Assembly (NCBI GenBank): GCA_963668355.1
Contig: OY764265.1
Location: forward strand, 544,001-608,000
Source of the DNA: Bdellovibrionota bacterium
Lineage (GTDB): Bacteria > Bdellovibrionota_G > JALEGL01 > DATDPG01
Direction: 5' to 3'
Length of the DNA stretch: 64,000 nt
Below are positions 19,603-28,673 of this stretch, piece after piece. The translations under genes were made by a program, and so were the position numbers. The notes under the pieces are model-generated. The model was not told where the DNA came from. It saw only the letters and a list, made by a program, of their open reading frames with translations, and made no database searches. Each line of letters starts with the position of its first letter. The stretch's first letter is position 1.

Positions 19603-20420
19603 TGTTCTGGGCTGGATCCATTTTCCTCATTGCAGCGTTGGCTTCTTTTTCTTGGCTCTACCGCCGGAGCGTAGACATTCGGAACTTACCCCGAATGGAC
19701 GACGTCCAGAGACAAATGGAGCAAGCCGCAAAAACGCACCTCCCCAAACAACAGCTGGCCAAGCGTGGTAAGAAACTCGAATACGCAGGCCAATCTTCGG
19801 CCCAAGCCTCGAAGTTGTTTTTTCGAGAGATGGTTTCCGCTGGGACCGCTGGGTTGATCTCCATTTTCTTGGTCTTGTTGGGTCTTCCTTCCGTTTTGAT
19901 TCCCTGCATGGTCATCATCGGCTTACTTTGGCCGTCGATGAGACTCAACCGGGTCATTCGAGCGCGTCGCTCTGAAATCACAATGAACTTACCTTTTTAT
20001 TTGGATTTGTTGACGCTTTCGATGGAAGCCGGACTGGATCTGATCGCTTCGCTGGATGAGATCATTGAGAGCGATCACGACAACCCCCTCAAGGAAGAAG
20101 TCTCCCTCACATTGAAATCCATCCAAATGGGGAAAGGAAGATCCGAAGCTTTCCAAAGAATGGCTGACAGAACCGGTGTCGTTCCCCTAAACCAACTTGC
20201 TTCGGTCATCACACAATCCGAAGAGTTGGGTTCGAGCCTCGGGAATCTTCTTCGAACACAATCGGATGCCTTGCGAAGACAGATTTTTCGCGAAGCCGAA
20301 GAAAAGGCTCAAAAAGCCCCGCTCCGAATGCTCATGCCCTTGGTCCTCTTTATTTTTCCCGTCGCCTTCATCTTACTCTTTGTCCCCTTGATCATGAACG
20401 TGATCCAGGTAATTCATTAG
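19599..20420 (+). CDS. tadC: Tad inner-membrane platform protein TadC
   Basis: LPFYLDLLTLSMEAGL, QSEELG, AEEKAQKAPLRMLMPLVLFIFP; ATGA overlap with tadB. Confidence 0.92.
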   Translation: MMFWAGSIFLIAALASFSWLYRRSVDIRNLPRMDDVQRQMEQAAKTHLPKQQLAKRGKKLEYAGQSSAQASKLFFREMVSAGTAGLISIFLVLLGLPSVLIPCMVIIGLLWPSMRLNRVIRARRSEITMNLPFYLDLLTLSMEAGLDLIASLDEIIESDHDNPLKEEVSLTLKSIQMGKGRSEAFQRMADRTGVVPLNQLASVITQSEELGSSLGNLLRTQSDALRRQIFREAEEKAQKAPLRMLMPLVLFIFPVAFILLFVPLIMNVIQVIH

Positions 20421-20700
20421 AATGAAAAGATTCTTTCTGTTTTTTTGAGAACTTTTGTTTTTCAATCTCTCTGGAGCTAAAAATGTTTTTTTATTGTTTA
20501 TTTTAATTAAATTTATTCTTTTCAAGTTGGACTGGAGGGACTGAGAAAATGTCTTGTAACTAATTTCAAAAACCTTTTCGTTTTTTGCCTGATGATCATT
20601 TAAGATCATCGAACTAAATTTTTTTACATAGAAATTGTTCACCACTGAGACAAAACTTCAATAGAATATGTGGACTATATCCAATTTTAAAAATCGATCT
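20421..20700. other. Visibly AT-rich intergenic stretch
   Basis: Long A/T tracts such as TTTTTTTATTGTTTATTTTAATTAAATTTATT, contrasting with the flanks. Confidence 0.6.
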
Positions 20701-20748
20701 TTGTACCGCTTAATCTTTCTCCTACTCTTCTTTCCCCAGGAGGCTCAT

Positions 20749-21246
20749 ATGTCTCAAGTTACGCATGTGGAATATGAAAAACCCATTTCAGAAATGATGG
20801 AGGGAGCCTACAACAGCGACATTCTCATTGTCGAAGGCCCCATCGAAAACAAGGAATTTCAACACATTGTTTTTCCAAAAGAAACTCACTTCGAAAAGAA
20901 AACCAAATCCGAATACATCGATCATGTAAGCGCATATAAAGTTCTGGAAGTTCTCCAATCCACTTCTCTCAAACCCGGAGACACCATCTGGGTCTGGAAA
21001 GAGCCTGCCTACACCCTAGAAGACATAAAAAAAGCTCATGAACAAGGTCTACTTGAATCTCCTTCCGTTCGCGTTCGAACACCTGATTTCCCGATTGAAG
21101 GCAACCGGATACTTGTCTTTGCCATGAAAGCAGAAGTGAGAACAAAAGAATTCCCTTCTGTGTATTCCTTCTGGCTAGAAGAGGGCATAGCGGCCAAAAA
21201 AGAAGTAAAAAAACACCTCAAAAAATGGTGGCAATTCTGGCGCTAA
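20749..21246 (+). CDS. Hypothetical protein with C-terminal KKWWQFWR motif (start could be 20668)
   Basis: ATG after GGAGG; open frame; terminator follows. Confidence 0.7.
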   Translation: MSQVTHVEYEKPISEMMEGAYNSDILIVEGPIENKEFQHIVFPKETHFEKKTKSEYIDHVSAYKVLEVLQSTSLKPGDTIWVWKEPAYTLEDIKKAHEQGLLESPSVRVRTPDFPIEGNRILVFAMKAEVRTKEFPSVYSFWLEEGIAAKKEVKKHLKKWWQFWR

Positions 21247-21283
21247 CTCTTTTGGTCTATCGAAGTCTCAAAAAACAATTTGA

Positions 21284-21318
21284 GACCCGGAAAACTGTAG
21301 TTTGCCGGGTCATTTTTT
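21284..21318 (+). terminator. Intrinsic terminator between convergent genes
   Basis: GACCCGG...CCGGGTC stem followed by ATTTTTT. Confidence 0.7.
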
Positions 21319-21324
21319 AACGCT

Positions 21325-22458
21325 TTACGGCCACAAAAGAACTTGGACCGTTTCATCCAAGAGGTAAAAGTCGCCGCCGGACAAGATATCTTGAAAGACA
21401 TCGATGGCCTTTCCTTCCAAACGGACCGAGTTCACAAAGGAAATGATCATGATGTCTTTTTGGGCCTTCTCGAATTTCTTCAGCATTCGCTGGGCAATCT
21501 GAGCATTCTTGCATCCCCCCATGAAAAAGACGCCACCATCTCGAAAGGCTTGGGGAAAAAGATTTTCATCGACTTTGATGCCCGGCCAATAAATTTCTTC
21601 CTGAACCCTTGCTTCCGGGTGTTGGGTGGAAACATCAAAATTGTCGAGCCAAAAACGAACCACGCTGGATTGTTTGACTTCCCAACTTCCACGATTCTCT
21701 TCTAAGTTTCGACGAATCAAATTCCGAGCTTCAGACACGTCATAGCCTTTTTTCTCCACCAACCGATCCACCATGGCTTCATAGCGAGCTGTCCAACCTG
21801 GAAGGGAGGCGAGCTTTTGAAGAGGACTGGCCCCCTGACTTCCAAATCGATAACCATCATAGACTCCCGAATGGGCAAAGATGGCAATGAGGTCATATCC
21901 CCCAGATCTTCGAGCTTCTAATAAGAAGTCCCCAAACTGCTCTGGGTAACGAATGGGAACTACGACGCTTTCGACTTCGATCTTATTGGCCCCAAGATTG
22001 TATTCCGTATGGAACTTTTGAGCCCGTCGCGCCATATTGAGCGCAGACCATCCGTCCGGAGCCAGATCATCCCTTCCTAAGGATTCGGTCTCTAAGTACT
22101 CCTTTAACTGTCCCCAATTCGTCTTTCCCGTTTTTTCAGACCGAACGTACAATTTTCCGCCAAACGTTTTTACGGCCAGATTGATGGCATGGCGCCTTTT
22201 CTGAAGAAGTTCCTGATTACTCATTCCCGGCTTTCTTAAACAAAACTCCCAGATTTGATCTGTGACCTCTTGGCGTCTATCCGACGCGGCCTGAGAACTT
22301 CGAAACGCAGGCGAATCCAATAACTCCCTTAAAAGTTTTATTTTTTTGGGTGTCTCACATCGGTAATCACCGTAGAGAAAAGCAGCGCGCTCGGTTTGGG
22401 CCCAAGAGATGTTGGATATGAGAAGGCAGGCCCCTAAAATCAAGCCCGGCAATCGCAT
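21325..22458 (-). CDS. Exported hypothetical protein, possible caspase-clan (clan CD) cysteine protease
   Basis: Signal peptide ending ISWA; DLIAIFAHSG and GVFFMGGCKN strand-His / strand-Cys pattern. Confidence 0.7.
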   Translation of the reverse strand: MRLPGLILGACLLISNISWAQTERAAFLYGDYRCETPKKIKLLRELLDSPAFRSSQAASDRRQEVTDQIWEFCLRKPGMSNQELLQKRRHAINLAVKTFGGKLYVRSEKTGKTNWGQLKEYLETESLGRDDLAPDGWSALNMARRAQKFHTEYNLGANKIEVESVVVPIRYPEQFGDFLLEARRSGGYDLIAIFAHSGVYDGYRFGSQGASPLQKLASLPGWTARYEAMVDRLVEKKGYDVSEARNLIRRNLEENRGSWEVKQSSVVRFWLDNFDVSTQHPEARVQEEIYWPGIKVDENLFPQAFRDGGVFFMGGCKNAQIAQRMLKKFEKAQKDIMIISFVNSVRLEGKAIDVFQDILSGGDFYLLDETVQVLLWP

Positions 22459-22460
22459 GA

Positions 22461-24164
22461 TTAGTTCACTCCGTTAACCAGAACATGGGAGTCTTGACCT
22501 TCTGTCGTCAAGCGCATGGCAATGCCCTGCTTGCCCGGATGATCTTTGGCGAGCTTCAACGCCTCATCTGCAGCATCAATCAAACTTTTTACCGCTTCTC
22601 CAGGCTTGGCTTCTGCCACTCCAATGGAAACCGTACCCACATTCCCACTTTCGGGAAAATGGCCCAGCCCCCGAAAGGCTCCTTCAAGCTTCTCGTGAGC
22701 CAACACATCCACCCCTCTTCGTCCTTCCAATTCGACACATTTCTCTTGGATCTGCTGCGTGAGACGAATGCGCATTTGAGATTGGCGAATGTTTTCCTGC
22801 AATCGTTTGGCCGCCAATACTGCGTCGTCCAAAGAAGTTTCGGGAAGAATGACCACAAACTCTTCTCCCCCCATGCGAAAAACCAAGTCACCTTCACGAA
22901 TGCTTTTCGCAACCGCCCTGGCTTCCTCTGCAAAAGTTCGGATGAGATCATCCCCCGCACTATGACTTAGGAGGTCATTGAAGGCTTTGAAAAAGTCCCC
23001 ATCCAAGTACAAAGCTGAAACTCTCGTACCTTTCGAAATCATGTTTTGAATCTTGAGTCCTAACTCACCAAGCTGTGTTTCAGAAAGAAACAAGGCTCCC
23101 TTATTGAACACGCGACTTAAAGGATCCATCAAAACTCTCCGATTCAAATGGGCAATCTCGGCGGCCATTCTTCTCCCAGAAGGAGACACCGGGGTCTTGG
23201 CCAAACTGGATACCGCGAACCGTCGAATCCCGCGCTCCAAAACCACGGCTACTTCAAAGTCAGCGGTAATGGCTCCAATCTCTCTTGAATTCAGAGTTAG
23301 TGCTTTTGCCAGCACATGGTCCGTCGTATTCACAATCGCATCACTCGGATTTTCTTTAAAACCCTTCCACTGCCTGGACCGTTCCGAATAAACGTCTCGA
23401 GTCAATTCATACGTCAATTCATCTCCGCTCATCCATCCGTAAACCGTTTGAGCGCGACCTTTGACTTCGTACCAAAAATTCCCTGGAAGATCCTTAATCA
23501 GGTCCCCGAGTCTTTCTTGAAACCCATCGCCAAATTCCACCAACTGATGCTCAACATGATCCTCAGGGTTCTGATCACTCCGACGGAAGGTGTATTTGAG
23601 AGTTTCCCAGAAGGAAGAGGTGGTGGCACTTTTTTCGTAAACCCGGAGAAGATCGCGCACGGTCTCACATCTCTTACCCAATAGCTCTCGCAACATTCCC
23701 GAAGGATCCAACCAATCTAAACCCAATTGCATTCTCAAATCTTGAACCCACCCTAAACTCCGTAACATTTCATTTTGAAGGCTGAGCCTCCATGAAAGAA
23801 CGCTCTTAATCGAGTCGGGAACATCCATCGGACCCCATGAATTTCGAAGTTGAATTTGGCGATACTCATGACGGGCACACGTCGCAACGTATTCGGCAGA
23901 GAAGAATTCCGTCCAAGCCTGTCGAAAACCCATCCTGGCCATCTCTCTCTCTTCGTCGCTCAAGAAAGAGCGGCCGCGCAGAACTTCGGAAAAGCGGGTC
24001 AAAGCCTCCTGATAGGCCTCCGGATCACGCCGCCTCTCAGAGTAGGCCGCATTCATCTCTTCCAAAAGCTCTTCAGCCGATCTGAAATCCTGAGCCAAAA
24101 CCCCTGGCACGGAAAACAAGACCACCAAAAGAAGTGCGAAAAATTTTCGAATCCCGTTCATCAC
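22461..24164 (-). CDS. GGDEF-domain diguanylate cyclase with N-terminal signal peptide
   Basis: MNGIRKFFALLLVVLFSVPGVLA-QD; DPLSRVFNK, LDGDFFKAFND, HSAGD, REGD I-site, RMGGEEF, TVSIGVA, ADEALKLAK. Confidence 0.9.
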   Translation of the reverse strand: MMNGIRKFFALLLVVLFSVPGVLAQDFRSAEELLEEMNAAYSERRRDPEAYQEALTRFSEVLRGRSFLSDEEREMARMGFRQAWTEFFSAEYVATCARHEYRQIQLRNSWGPMDVPDSIKSVLSWRLSLQNEMLRSLGWVQDLRMQLGLDWLDPSGMLRELLGKRCETVRDLLRVYEKSATTSSFWETLKYTFRRSDQNPEDHVEHQLVEFGDGFQERLGDLIKDLPGNFWYEVKGRAQTVYGWMSGDELTYELTRDVYSERSRQWKGFKENPSDAIVNTTDHVLAKALTLNSREIGAITADFEVAVVLERGIRRFAVSSLAKTPVSPSGRRMAAEIAHLNRRVLMDPLSRVFNKGALFLSETQLGELGLKIQNMISKGTRVSALYLDGDFFKAFNDLLSHSAGDDLIRTFAEEARAVAKSIREGDLVFRMGGEEFVVILPETSLDDAVLAAKRLQENIRQSQMRIRLTQQIQEKCVELEGRRGVDVLAHEKLEGAFRGLGHFPESGNVGTVSIGVAEAKPGEAVKSLIDAADEALKLAKDHPGKQGIAMRLTTEGQDSHVLVNGVN

Positions 24165-24185
24165 AATCGCCTGCGCCTATACCAA

Positions 24186-24200
24186 GCAAAGCCCATACCA
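24186..24200 (-). promoter_or_regulatory. sigma54 -24/-12 promoter of the GGDEF cassette
   Basis: Minus strand TGGTATG-GGCT-TTGC (GG-N10-GC), about 22 bp before the start. Confidence 0.75.
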
Positions 24201-24444
24201 TTCAAGAAGCAATTTTCTTCTTTTATTTTAAGGTGTTGGAAGGAGTAAGCCTGGCCAAATTCGGCCCCTTGTGACGTCGATGCCTCAATCCTCGATTCTT
24301 AAGGAAAATTACCTCGCGAGAAGAATGGAAACAGGATCTTCCTCAATATGGACCGCGAAACTAAGTCAGATAGCCACTCGAACAAACAGGCCGTTTTTTT
24401 TCTTCCCCATGACAAGAACGTCAGTGGGGTTCGAAACAACGAAA

Positions 24445-24837
24445 CTATTTGATGTTTCGGATTTGCAGCAAGTAGTTTGCTGCATCCGTGCTTAAGCTTT
24501 TTCGCTGAATGCTGGTCACGGCACGTCGATGAAAAATCAACGGTTCCCAAGACGTCTTCTCGACTTCAAAACCGTCTTTTCCCTTGAAGACGACTTGAAT
24601 GTCCGTAGGAACATCATTGTCTTCTTCGTTTTCAATTTCCACTTTCACCAAGAGACGTCCGTCTTCGGTCTCCACGGCTTTGTGTTTCAACACTTTCAAG
24701 TAGTACGTCAAACCGTGGTCCAGAAGAAGAATCTTATTGCTTTCCTGAGGAGCGTCCACCGACTGCCCTGGTGCATAGGGGCGTCCACAAGAAGCCACAA
24801 ACCCAATCAATAAAAGCATTAAAAAAACTTTTTTCAT
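24445..24837 (-). CDS. YcfL/DUF1425-like lipoprotein
   Basis: Lipobox VASC; FKGKDGFEV...WEPL; linked to an lpoB-like gene. Confidence 0.75.
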   Translation of the reverse strand: MKKVFLMLLLIGFVASCGRPYAPGQSVDAPQESNKILLLDHGLTYYLKVLKHKAVETEDGRLLVKVEIENEEDNDVPTDIQVVFKGKDGFEVEKTSWEPLIFHRRAVTSIQRKSLSTDAANYLLQIRNIK

Positions 24838-26033
24838 TTCGTTTTTCCTTTCGTGAGGTTTGTTTGCCCCAAAGGCCCATTTACGGGTCCGCTTCGGAAC
24901 AGATAAATTTTGTCATCTTTCTTTTCAAAAGGCATGTGATACCAAACCTGGTCATACCCTCGTATGGGGTGACCGCCTTTTCCTAAGAAAGACAATCGAA
25001 ACATATGCATGCCGGGTGTTAGATGCGTCATGCTAAGGTGAACGAGATCGGGAAGAAGTTCCCATTGACGAATATCGGCTTGAGACTGATTCGCCAAAGC
25101 AAAAAGCCCCGCACCCAAAGCAACCCAACCGGCCGTTTTATTTCCTTTTGCGGCCTCGTTTGCCGCGATCACGGTCGTAACGGTGGCAGCATCACGTGCC
25201 ACCCCCTTGGAAACTTGCACAGTATCTTTTCCTGTCCAACCTTTGGTTTGAGCTTGATACGTCAAGTCTCCAATGAGTGCTGTGGAACCTACTTTTTGAT
25301 CATCCACATAAAGCACCGCCCGTTGTTCAGGATATTTGGGACGAACCCACTTCACCAAACTCTTTCCGGGTCCCGTGCGCGTTTTCTTGGGAGCTGTCCC
25401 CAGTTCCACCAAAAACAAGGCATTGCTTTGACGAAGATGTTCCAAGGTCAAATAGGGGTTATTGGCCCTTCTCTTCTTGGCCTTTTTTAGGGCAATCCGA
25501 GCATTGTCATTCTGGCCCAATTTCAAAAACACTTTGGCTTGAAGGAGAAATGGCAAAGCAAAATCTTGGCTATGCTTGGCTTCCTTCATTTTTACTGCCA
25601 TCGCAGCCTTATTAAAAGCCGCTCGGGCATTATCATACTCGCCACGATTATAGTAGATGATCCCCGCATAGATCGAAGCCATGGATTTTTCAAAAGGCTC
25701 CCCTTTGAACACCTTAATGGCCTCGGCACTGATCAAGCTCGCGGTGCCTTTTCCTTTTCCCCCATACCCCCACATCACTTGGTTGGCATTTAAGGCGGCT
25801 TTTTCCGCAGCTTCATATTCCCCGGCATAAAGAGTGGCACTGAGCAAAGCGAGGTTATGCAAGGCGTAGTCCTTGTCTCGAACTTGAGCTTTCTTTTTGA
25901 AGATATCGGCGGCTTTTTGGTAGTCGCGCCGGTGGAAGGCCTTCACGCCTTCCACCGGTAATCGCGTGCTACAGGCTAGAAAAAGAAAGCTTAAGACAAA
26001 ACAAAACGTTCCGTATTTGAAGAACTTTTTCAC
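24834..26033 (-). CDS. TPR-like lipoprotein (COG3014-like)
   Basis: Lipobox FLAC; FKGEPFEK, ADIRQWELLP. Confidence 0.75.
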   Translation of the reverse strand: MKKFFKYGTFCFVLSFLFLACSTRLPVEGVKAFHRRDYQKAADIFKKKAQVRDKDYALHNLALLSATLYAGEYEAAEKAALNANQVMWGYGGKGKGTASLISAEAIKVFKGEPFEKSMASIYAGIIYYNRGEYDNARAAFNKAAMAVKMKEAKHSQDFALPFLLQAKVFLKLGQNDNARIALKKAKKRRANNPYLTLEHLRQSNALFLVELGTAPKKTRTGPGKSLVKWVRPKYPEQRAVLYVDDQKVGSTALIGDLTYQAQTKGWTGKDTVQVSKGVARDAATVTTVIAANEAAKGNKTAGWVALGAGLFALANQSQADIRQWELLPDLVHLSMTHLTPGMHMFRLSFLGKGGHPIRGYDQVWYHMPFEKKDDKIYLFRSGPVNGPLGQTNLTKGKTK

Positions 26034-26041
26034 GGATCAGA

Positions 26042-26626
26042 CTATCGGTCGTATAACCCAGCTTCCCCGATTTTCTTCACTTCGTAGTCGTCTTCCCAAA
26101 CGATGGCCGTACTTTCAGCATCGGTTAAACGAAACGCATAACGCGTATACGTCGAACGTTGCCCACCGGACTGCTTATCAATAGAAGACAATTTGCCGGT
26201 TAGAAAGTAGTCCGCCCCAGCTCGGGCTTTCATTTTTCCCGAGGAGAGAGAACCCGAACGTTTGGCACTTCGTTCATTTGAAACGTCCTTGCTGATTTCC
26301 CGATCCAAGAAAATCATTTTTCCTTGAGAGTTTCGAAGCAACAAGGTGCGCATTTTTTCAATAAAAAGATTCTTATTGATGATTTCGTTCGTCTCGTTTT
26401 TCACATCCGAAAAAGCTATGCGAGGAGGGGTCTTCGCAGCTTGAATCTGATGCAAACCAATCAAAGAACGCGCCATTTTCTGAGCCACAGCGTTCAAGTC
26501 TTTGCTGGATGTTTCGGTATCCGAAAAGGGTTCATCCGAAGCGGTACTCACGCGATTCGTATTTGCGGTACACCCAAACACGGCCACGGAAAGAACTGCC
26601 ACCCAAAATACGCTCATTCGTTTCAC
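26042..26626 (-). CDS. lpoB: LpoB/YcfM-family lipoprotein
   Basis: Lipobox VFGC; VKNETNEII, GADYFLTGKLSSI, FRLTD...IVWED. Confidence 0.8.
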   Translation of the reverse strand: MKRMSVFWVAVLSVAVFGCTANTNRVSTASDEPFSDTETSSKDLNAVAQKMARSLIGLHQIQAAKTPPRIAFSDVKNETNEIINKNLFIEKMRTLLLRNSQGKMIFLDREISKDVSNERSAKRSGSLSSGKMKARAGADYFLTGKLSSIDKQSGGQRSTYTRYAFRLTDAESTAIVWEDDYEVKKIGEAGLYDR

Positions 26627-26914
26627 GAGACTCTCCTCTCTAAACTCTAACTAGTTGAAAATAGATTGTTTTTTCTTCCTCCCCTTGCGTCTGCACATCA
26701 AAATCAGACCTCCGGTGGGGAGTGCCAGGGATCTTGGCAGTCAAAGAGGTGCTTGTAAACGGAATTTAAGTGGGTATTTAAGTCCTCGTTTTTGTGGATA
26801 TTTGACTTTTTTTGCGACATTTATATCCATTTTCTTTGACGATTTGGGAGCAAAAGGGTGAAATGGTGTCGCTGTTCAACAAAAATTAGGCCAAAGCGCC
26901 TTGAGGGAGGGGAA

Positions 26915-28282
26915 ATGACGCACTTTCGCGCCGCTTTTGTATTTTTCGGGTTAACGATTTTTTTATATGGAATGGGAAACGCCGCTGAGATTGATCCCCA
27001 AATTGAAATGGAACTTCAGTCTCAAGATACGGTTCCCGTCATTGTGAGATTGGAAGAAAGCCATGAAGGGGGAGATGCGCTCCACTTTTTGCCAGATACC
27101 CTTTCTCGGAAAACCTTCTTGGAAGAAAAACGACGCTCTTTTCACCAAACGTTTTTGTCGTTTCGACCCCAGGTGCAAAATTTCCGTCAGGCCATCCCGG
27201 AGCAAAACTTCGGTGAGATCTGGCTCATTGGGGCCATCACGCTTCGGGTCAATGAGGCCTTATTGGAAGAGCTTCGAAACGATCCCAAGGTCCTTTCCAT
27301 CCATCTGGACCGCACGCATTACCTCCCCCAACCTCAAACAGGATACCTCGACCATGAAGAGGGATATACCTGGGGGCTAAAAAAGCTGAAACTTCCGGTC
27401 CTAAATTTAGTTGCATCGGATCTTACCGGAAAAGGCGTGGTCGCTGGCGTCATCGACACCGGGATTGATGCCACCCACCCAGATCTCCAAGGGAAAATTC
27501 TCTATTTTAAGGACTTCAGCAGTAACCCCGAGGGAGAATGGACGCTCCCCACGGATGACCATGGACATGGAACGCATGTCGCCGGAACGATTGCAGGAGG
27601 ATCGGCTTCTGGGAAAGCCATTGGAGTTGCGCCGGAAACCACTTTGGTCGTCGCGCGAATTTTCGATGCCAATGGAATGACCTCAACCCGTGCAATTCTC
27701 AATGCCATGCAATGGATGGCAGATCCCGACGAAAACTTTGAAACCGATGAGGATGTACCTCGAATCGTCAACAATTCCTGGGGAGGCAGCGGAGGTGGAG
27801 AAACCGACTCTCCTCTTTATATGGCTGTGGAGAGTTGGAGAACGCTTCAGATTTTTCCCTGCTTCGCGGCTGGGAACTCTGGACCCGGAGTGGGAACCGT
27901 GGGAACTCCTGGAGGTTTTGACAACGCCTTTGCCGTAGGCGCCACAGACGAGAAGGATGAAATCGCATATTTCTCCAGTCGAGGTCCCGCTTGGTTGGAC
28001 GGTGAAATTTTAGATAAACCGGATGCCTCTGCACCGGGTGTGGACGTTTTTTCCTCCATTCCCGGTGGCGGATACGCCTCTTGGTCGGGTACTTCCATGG
28101 CCACCCCACATATGACGGGTGTGATCGTTCTACTCTTCCAACAATACCCGTTCCTCACGGTCGAACGCATGACGCATCTACTCATCGATAGCGTCGATGA
28201 CCTGGGGGTTGAGGGGTTCGATTACAGCTACGGCTTTGGTCGAGTCAATTTGCTGAGAGCGGCTTTGGACTACAACTACTAA
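26915..28282 (+). CDS. Secreted subtilisin-like S8 serine peptidase with prodomain
   Basis: ATG after GGAGG; signal peptide; VIDTG, HGTHVAGT, AAGN, GTSMATPH. Confidence 0.95.
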   Translation: MTHFRAAFVFFGLTIFLYGMGNAAEIDPQIEMELQSQDTVPVIVRLEESHEGGDALHFLPDTLSRKTFLEEKRRSFHQTFLSFRPQVQNFRQAIPEQNFGEIWLIGAITLRVNEALLEELRNDPKVLSIHLDRTHYLPQPQTGYLDHEEGYTWGLKKLKLPVLNLVASDLTGKGVVAGVIDTGIDATHPDLQGKILYFKDFSSNPEGEWTLPTDDHGHGTHVAGTIAGGSASGKAIGVAPETTLVVARIFDANGMTSTRAILNAMQWMADPDENFETDEDVPRIVNNSWGGSGGGETDSPLYMAVESWRTLQIFPCFAAGNSGPGVGTVGTPGGFDNAFAVGATDEKDEIAYFSSRGPAWLDGEILDKPDASAPGVDVFSSIPGGGYASWSGTSMATPHMTGVIVLLFQQYPFLTVERMTHLLIDSVDDLGVEGFDYSYGFGRVNLLRAALDYNY

Positions 28283-28310
28283 CTCCAAAATTCGAAAACA
28301 CTCTCTGTCA

Positions 28311-28342
28311 ACGAGGGGCGACTCTTACGGGTCGCCCCTCGT
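28311..28342. terminator. GC-rich hairpin (terminator or REP-like unit)
   Basis: ACGAGGGGCGAC-tcttacgg-GTCGCCCCTCGT. Confidence 0.6.
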
Positions 28343-28376
28343 CATTTGAAAATACCTGAGGTATAGCCTTTCCCCC

Positions 28377-28673
28377 ATGGACAACCTCACGTTCAAAGAC
28401 ATTCAACGCATGGCCAAGCTGGCTCAGTTGGACGTTTCTAAAGAGGAAGCCAAAAGGCTCCACCCATCCTTTCTCGAAATTCTGTCCTTCATGAAGCAAC
28501 TCAAGGAAGTGGATCTTCTTCCTGATATTTCCGAAACTTCATCTCCCTCACACAACTTCCCCCAGGAGGAATGTGAGATCACGGCCAACCCCTCTCTTTC
28601 TCCACAAGAGGCTCTAAAAAACGCACCTGATCGAAAAAACAACCATTTCCGGGTACCCAAAGTGATCAAATGA
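28377..28673 (+). CDS. gatC: Asp/Glu-tRNA amidotransferase subunit C
   Basis: MAKLAQL, LKEVD, ALKNAP...FRVPKVI; directly upstream of gatA. Confidence 0.93.
   Translation: MDNLTFKDIQRMAKLAQLDVSKEEAKRLHPSFLEILSFMKQLKEVDLLPDISETSSPSHNFPQEECEITANPSLSPQEALKNAPDRKNNHFRVPKVIK

Noticed and set aside
20421..20700. Replication origin
   Set aside because: AT-rich, but there is no cluster of TTATCCACA boxes and no dnaA/gidA context.
22461..23130. Hypr-type (cGAMP-forming) GGDEF
   Set aside because: The specificity position in NDxxxHxxGD is Asp, as in ordinary diguanylate cyclases, not Ser.
24250..24445. c-di-GMP riboswitch upstream of the GGDEF gene
   Set aside because: No recognisable GEMM core motif on either strand.
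26715..26745. sigma54 promoters from TGGCAC/TGGCAG near the lpoB and S8 genes
   Set aside because: No GC at the required 10-nt spacing.
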